A stretch of 26,960 nucleotides of DNA from a virus (Duplodnaviria; Caudoviricetes): positions 1-26,960 of IMG/VR virus record IMGVR_UViG_3300049049_000052; one strand, 5' to 3'. This document shows, in pieces, positions 25,223 to 26,960 of the stretch (the first letter of the stretch is position 1; every line of letters begins with the position of its first letter). The notes under the pieces were generated by a model. That model was not told the origin of the DNA and searched no databases. It saw nothing but the letters and a program-made list of their open reading frames with translations. Made by a program: the position numbers and the translations under genes.

Positions 25223-26133
25223 GATTGTTTGTTTTTAGATTTCATCTTAATTATTTCTCTCTGAGCATTAAAAAGCGCTATGTCAATATTTGGGTTAGCC
25301 TCCTGAAGTGATGTTAAATCTTCCTCAGTCAGGCAGTCGGCAATCATGAACTGGATTCTCTCAGCTTCTTTATTTATCTCAGGTGCTTTTGCTTTCCCGC
25401 TTTTGAAGGCTAATTCTACAGTAGTGTCACCATCCTTTATGGCTTGCCCAGCTCCGATCAGTACAACAAGATCATCCCCGGTTATATGGTCAATCGCGGC
25501 TTTTCCAACAGCGGATAATATTTCAGCTTCAGTAAGGTTGTAGGTGTTTTTAAGACCGTCAAAAACAGCCTTCCTTCTTTGTAAAAGCTTAGTCGCATCC
25601 GAAATGTCACCGGTAATAACTTTCTTAGATTCATTGTAAGCCTTATCCACAATTGATTTTGGTATGACCGACAGGATTGCATTTCTCAAGGCGATAGCGT
25701 TACCGGCGTTGCCTGTAACAGTGATCATATCATCTGTCATTCTTCCGTTCTTAGTCATAATGGAGCGTCTCACTTCAACCTTTATGGCAATATTATTTTC
25801 AAGGTCAAAAGCGATAGCCTGAGAAGTGACTTGCTTTGCATCAATAGCGATAACCTTTGTTTCAATTCTCATATTACCCCAGCACTGAGCGAGTATTTTA
25901 GCAAGGTGAACACTTGGCCCTGTGATTGCTTTTCCTCCGCGTGGAACTGAATATGTGCAGGTAGTGGCTGTCTCCCTGTCCATGGTAGCAATAGCAATTG
26001 CATTTTCAGTAGCTCTTTTAATATTTCTTGGGTAAGCTTTTGCCGTTGCAACCTGGCCATCAATCAATGCTTTATCTTGCTGATAGATTGTTTGCAGGTC
26101 TAAATTTTCGATACTGATATTTTCATCTGTCAT
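25219..26133 (-). CDS. conserved phage protein, possible ssDNA-annealing protein by context
   Basis: QVATAKAYPRN...YSVPRGGKAITGPSVHLA...WGNM; next to the ATPase and exonuclease; function inferred only. Confidence 0.6.
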   Translation of the reverse strand: MTDENISIENLDLQTIYQQDKALIDGQVATAKAYPRNIKRATENAIAIATMDRETATTCTYSVPRGGKAITGPSVHLAKILAQCWGNMRIETKVIAIDAKQVTSQAIAFDLENNIAIKVEVRRSIMTKNGRMTDDMITVTGNAGNAIALRNAILSVIPKSIVDKAYNESKKVITGDISDATKLLQRRKAVFDGLKNTYNLTEAEILSAVGKAAIDHITGDDLVVLIGAGQAIKDGDTTVELAFKSGKAKAPEINKEAERIQFMIADCLTEEDLTSLQEANPNIDIALFNAQREIIKMKSKNKQS

Positions 26134-26154
26134 AAAATGGAAGATTTAGTTTGG

Positions 26155-26403
26155 TTACTTTTTAAAAATTAGGTTCTTGTTAATTTCCTTCTGAACCACG
26201 GTGAATTGTTCGTAAAACTGATCGCTGGTTATCTTCACCAGATCGATGTAAAGTGGCCGGCCTTTCTTCTCCCAGTTGACTATCTTATGAATCTCCTTCG
26301 GCGCTATCTCTATAATATTTGGCCCGACCTTGAGCCCTTCAGTTGCACTTATTACCTTGTAATAATTGAAGTCGAATGTTTCTTTCACGTAGAAGGGATA
26401 CAT
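26155..26403 (-). CDS. hypothetical protein
   Basis: 82-aa ORF. Confidence 0.6.
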   Translation of the reverse strand: MYPFYVKETFDFNYYKVISATEGLKVGPNIIEIAPKEIHKIVNWEKKGRPLYIDLVKITSDQFYEQFTVVQKEINKNLIFKK

Positions 26404-26558
26404 TATTTCACGTCCTCAAAAAGAAAAAATGGAAGAAAAGGAAACACTCTCTCGAGCCCCGAAATTTCAAAGACGTTGCTTTCCGTATCGGTCACAGGAA
26501 CGACCGCTATTAGCTGGCCGTCCGGATTTATATGTAGATATGATAGCTCGTCTCTCAT
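26403..26558 (-). CDS. hypothetical protein, 51 aa (not in the ORF track)
   Basis: MRDELSYLHINPDGQLIAVVPVTDTESNVFEISGLERVFPFLPFFLFEDVK; ATGA and TAATG overlaps with its neighbours. Confidence 0.5.
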   Translation of the reverse strand: MRDELSYLHINPDGQLIAVVPVTDTESNVFEISGLERVFPFLPFFLFEDVK

Positions 26559-26851
26559 GCTGCCTCCTGTTCTGATTGAATTTTAATTTTATCCCAGTGA
26601 AGTATGAACTCTCTCTGGATATTATCCGGAATGTCATAGTAGAACATGTCAATCCAGGATACTTCGCCCTCGAATGTGTACTGCTGTCTTAGTTCATTAT
26701 GATTGTGGATTAGCCACAGGTTGAAAAGTGAAAGAGGTATTTCAACGCTTTCAAAATTGTTGTCACCCTCAAAGCCATATTCAAAAATCACCTTGCTGCC
26801 ATTCATCAGGAGCATTGGAGTTTCGATCTGTAAGTCTGCTGCGGTTTTCAT
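26555..26851 (-). CDS. hypothetical acidic protein, first gene of the operon
   Basis: 98-aa ORF just downstream of the predicted promoter. Confidence 0.65.
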   Translation of the reverse strand: MKTAADLQIETPMLLMNGSKVIFEYGFEGDNNFESVEIPLSLFNLWLIHNHNELRQQYTFEGEVSWIDMFYYDIPDNIQREFILHWDKIKIQSEQEAA

Positions 26852-26894
26852 AAATGGAAGATTTAGTTATGTGTTATTCTGTTTTTGATATATA

Positions 26895-26925
26895 CAAATG
26901 TATAGACAATATAGACACTTGTCAA
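26895..26925 (-). promoter_or_regulatory. Bacteroidota-type sigmaA promoter for the leftward early operon
   Basis: minus strand TTG-N20-TACATTTG fits the -33/-7 (TTG / TAnnTTTG) consensus; overlapped by GTCTA repeats. Confidence 0.7.
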
Positions 26926-26960
26926 GTTTTTTGTAGACTATTTTCAATATTGTGAACAAT

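Noticed and set aside
558-26888. Plus-strand ORFs and short nested minus-strand ORFs in the track (other than 16216-16899)
   Set aside because: They are shadows of well-supported minus-strand genes and have no recognisable motifs

Overview
A 27-kb slice of a tailed dsDNA phage or prophage, with essentially all real genes on the minus strand. The host is probably Bacteroidota, inferred from a TTG-N20-TAnnTTTG promoter at the right end and A-rich starts without clear Shine-Dalgarno sites. In transcription order (right to left) it carries an early promoter, recombination genes (SMC/AAA-like ATPase, YqaJ-like exonuclease) and a complete diversity-generating retroelement (DGR). After the DGR come an SNF2-like helicase, an N4/N6 methyltransferase, a split-frame C5 methyltransferase, a replication initiator plus DnaC-like loader, many small accessory genes, and the head module (TerS, TerL, portal, prohead protease, HK97-type capsid). 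The DGR is the main finding. Its 72-bp template repeat (20769-20840) matches variable repeats in two tandem small paralogous genes (VR1 20959-21030, VR2 21331-21402), with mismatches only at template adenines. The targets are small proteins in the early operon, not tail fibres. No avd gene is visible, but a 100-aa ORF is coupled to the RT. Other points of interest are a parS-like palindrome, a thrice-repeated structured motif upstream of late genes, and a possible antitoxin-fragment microprotein. Family assignments come from motif recognition by eye, not database searches.
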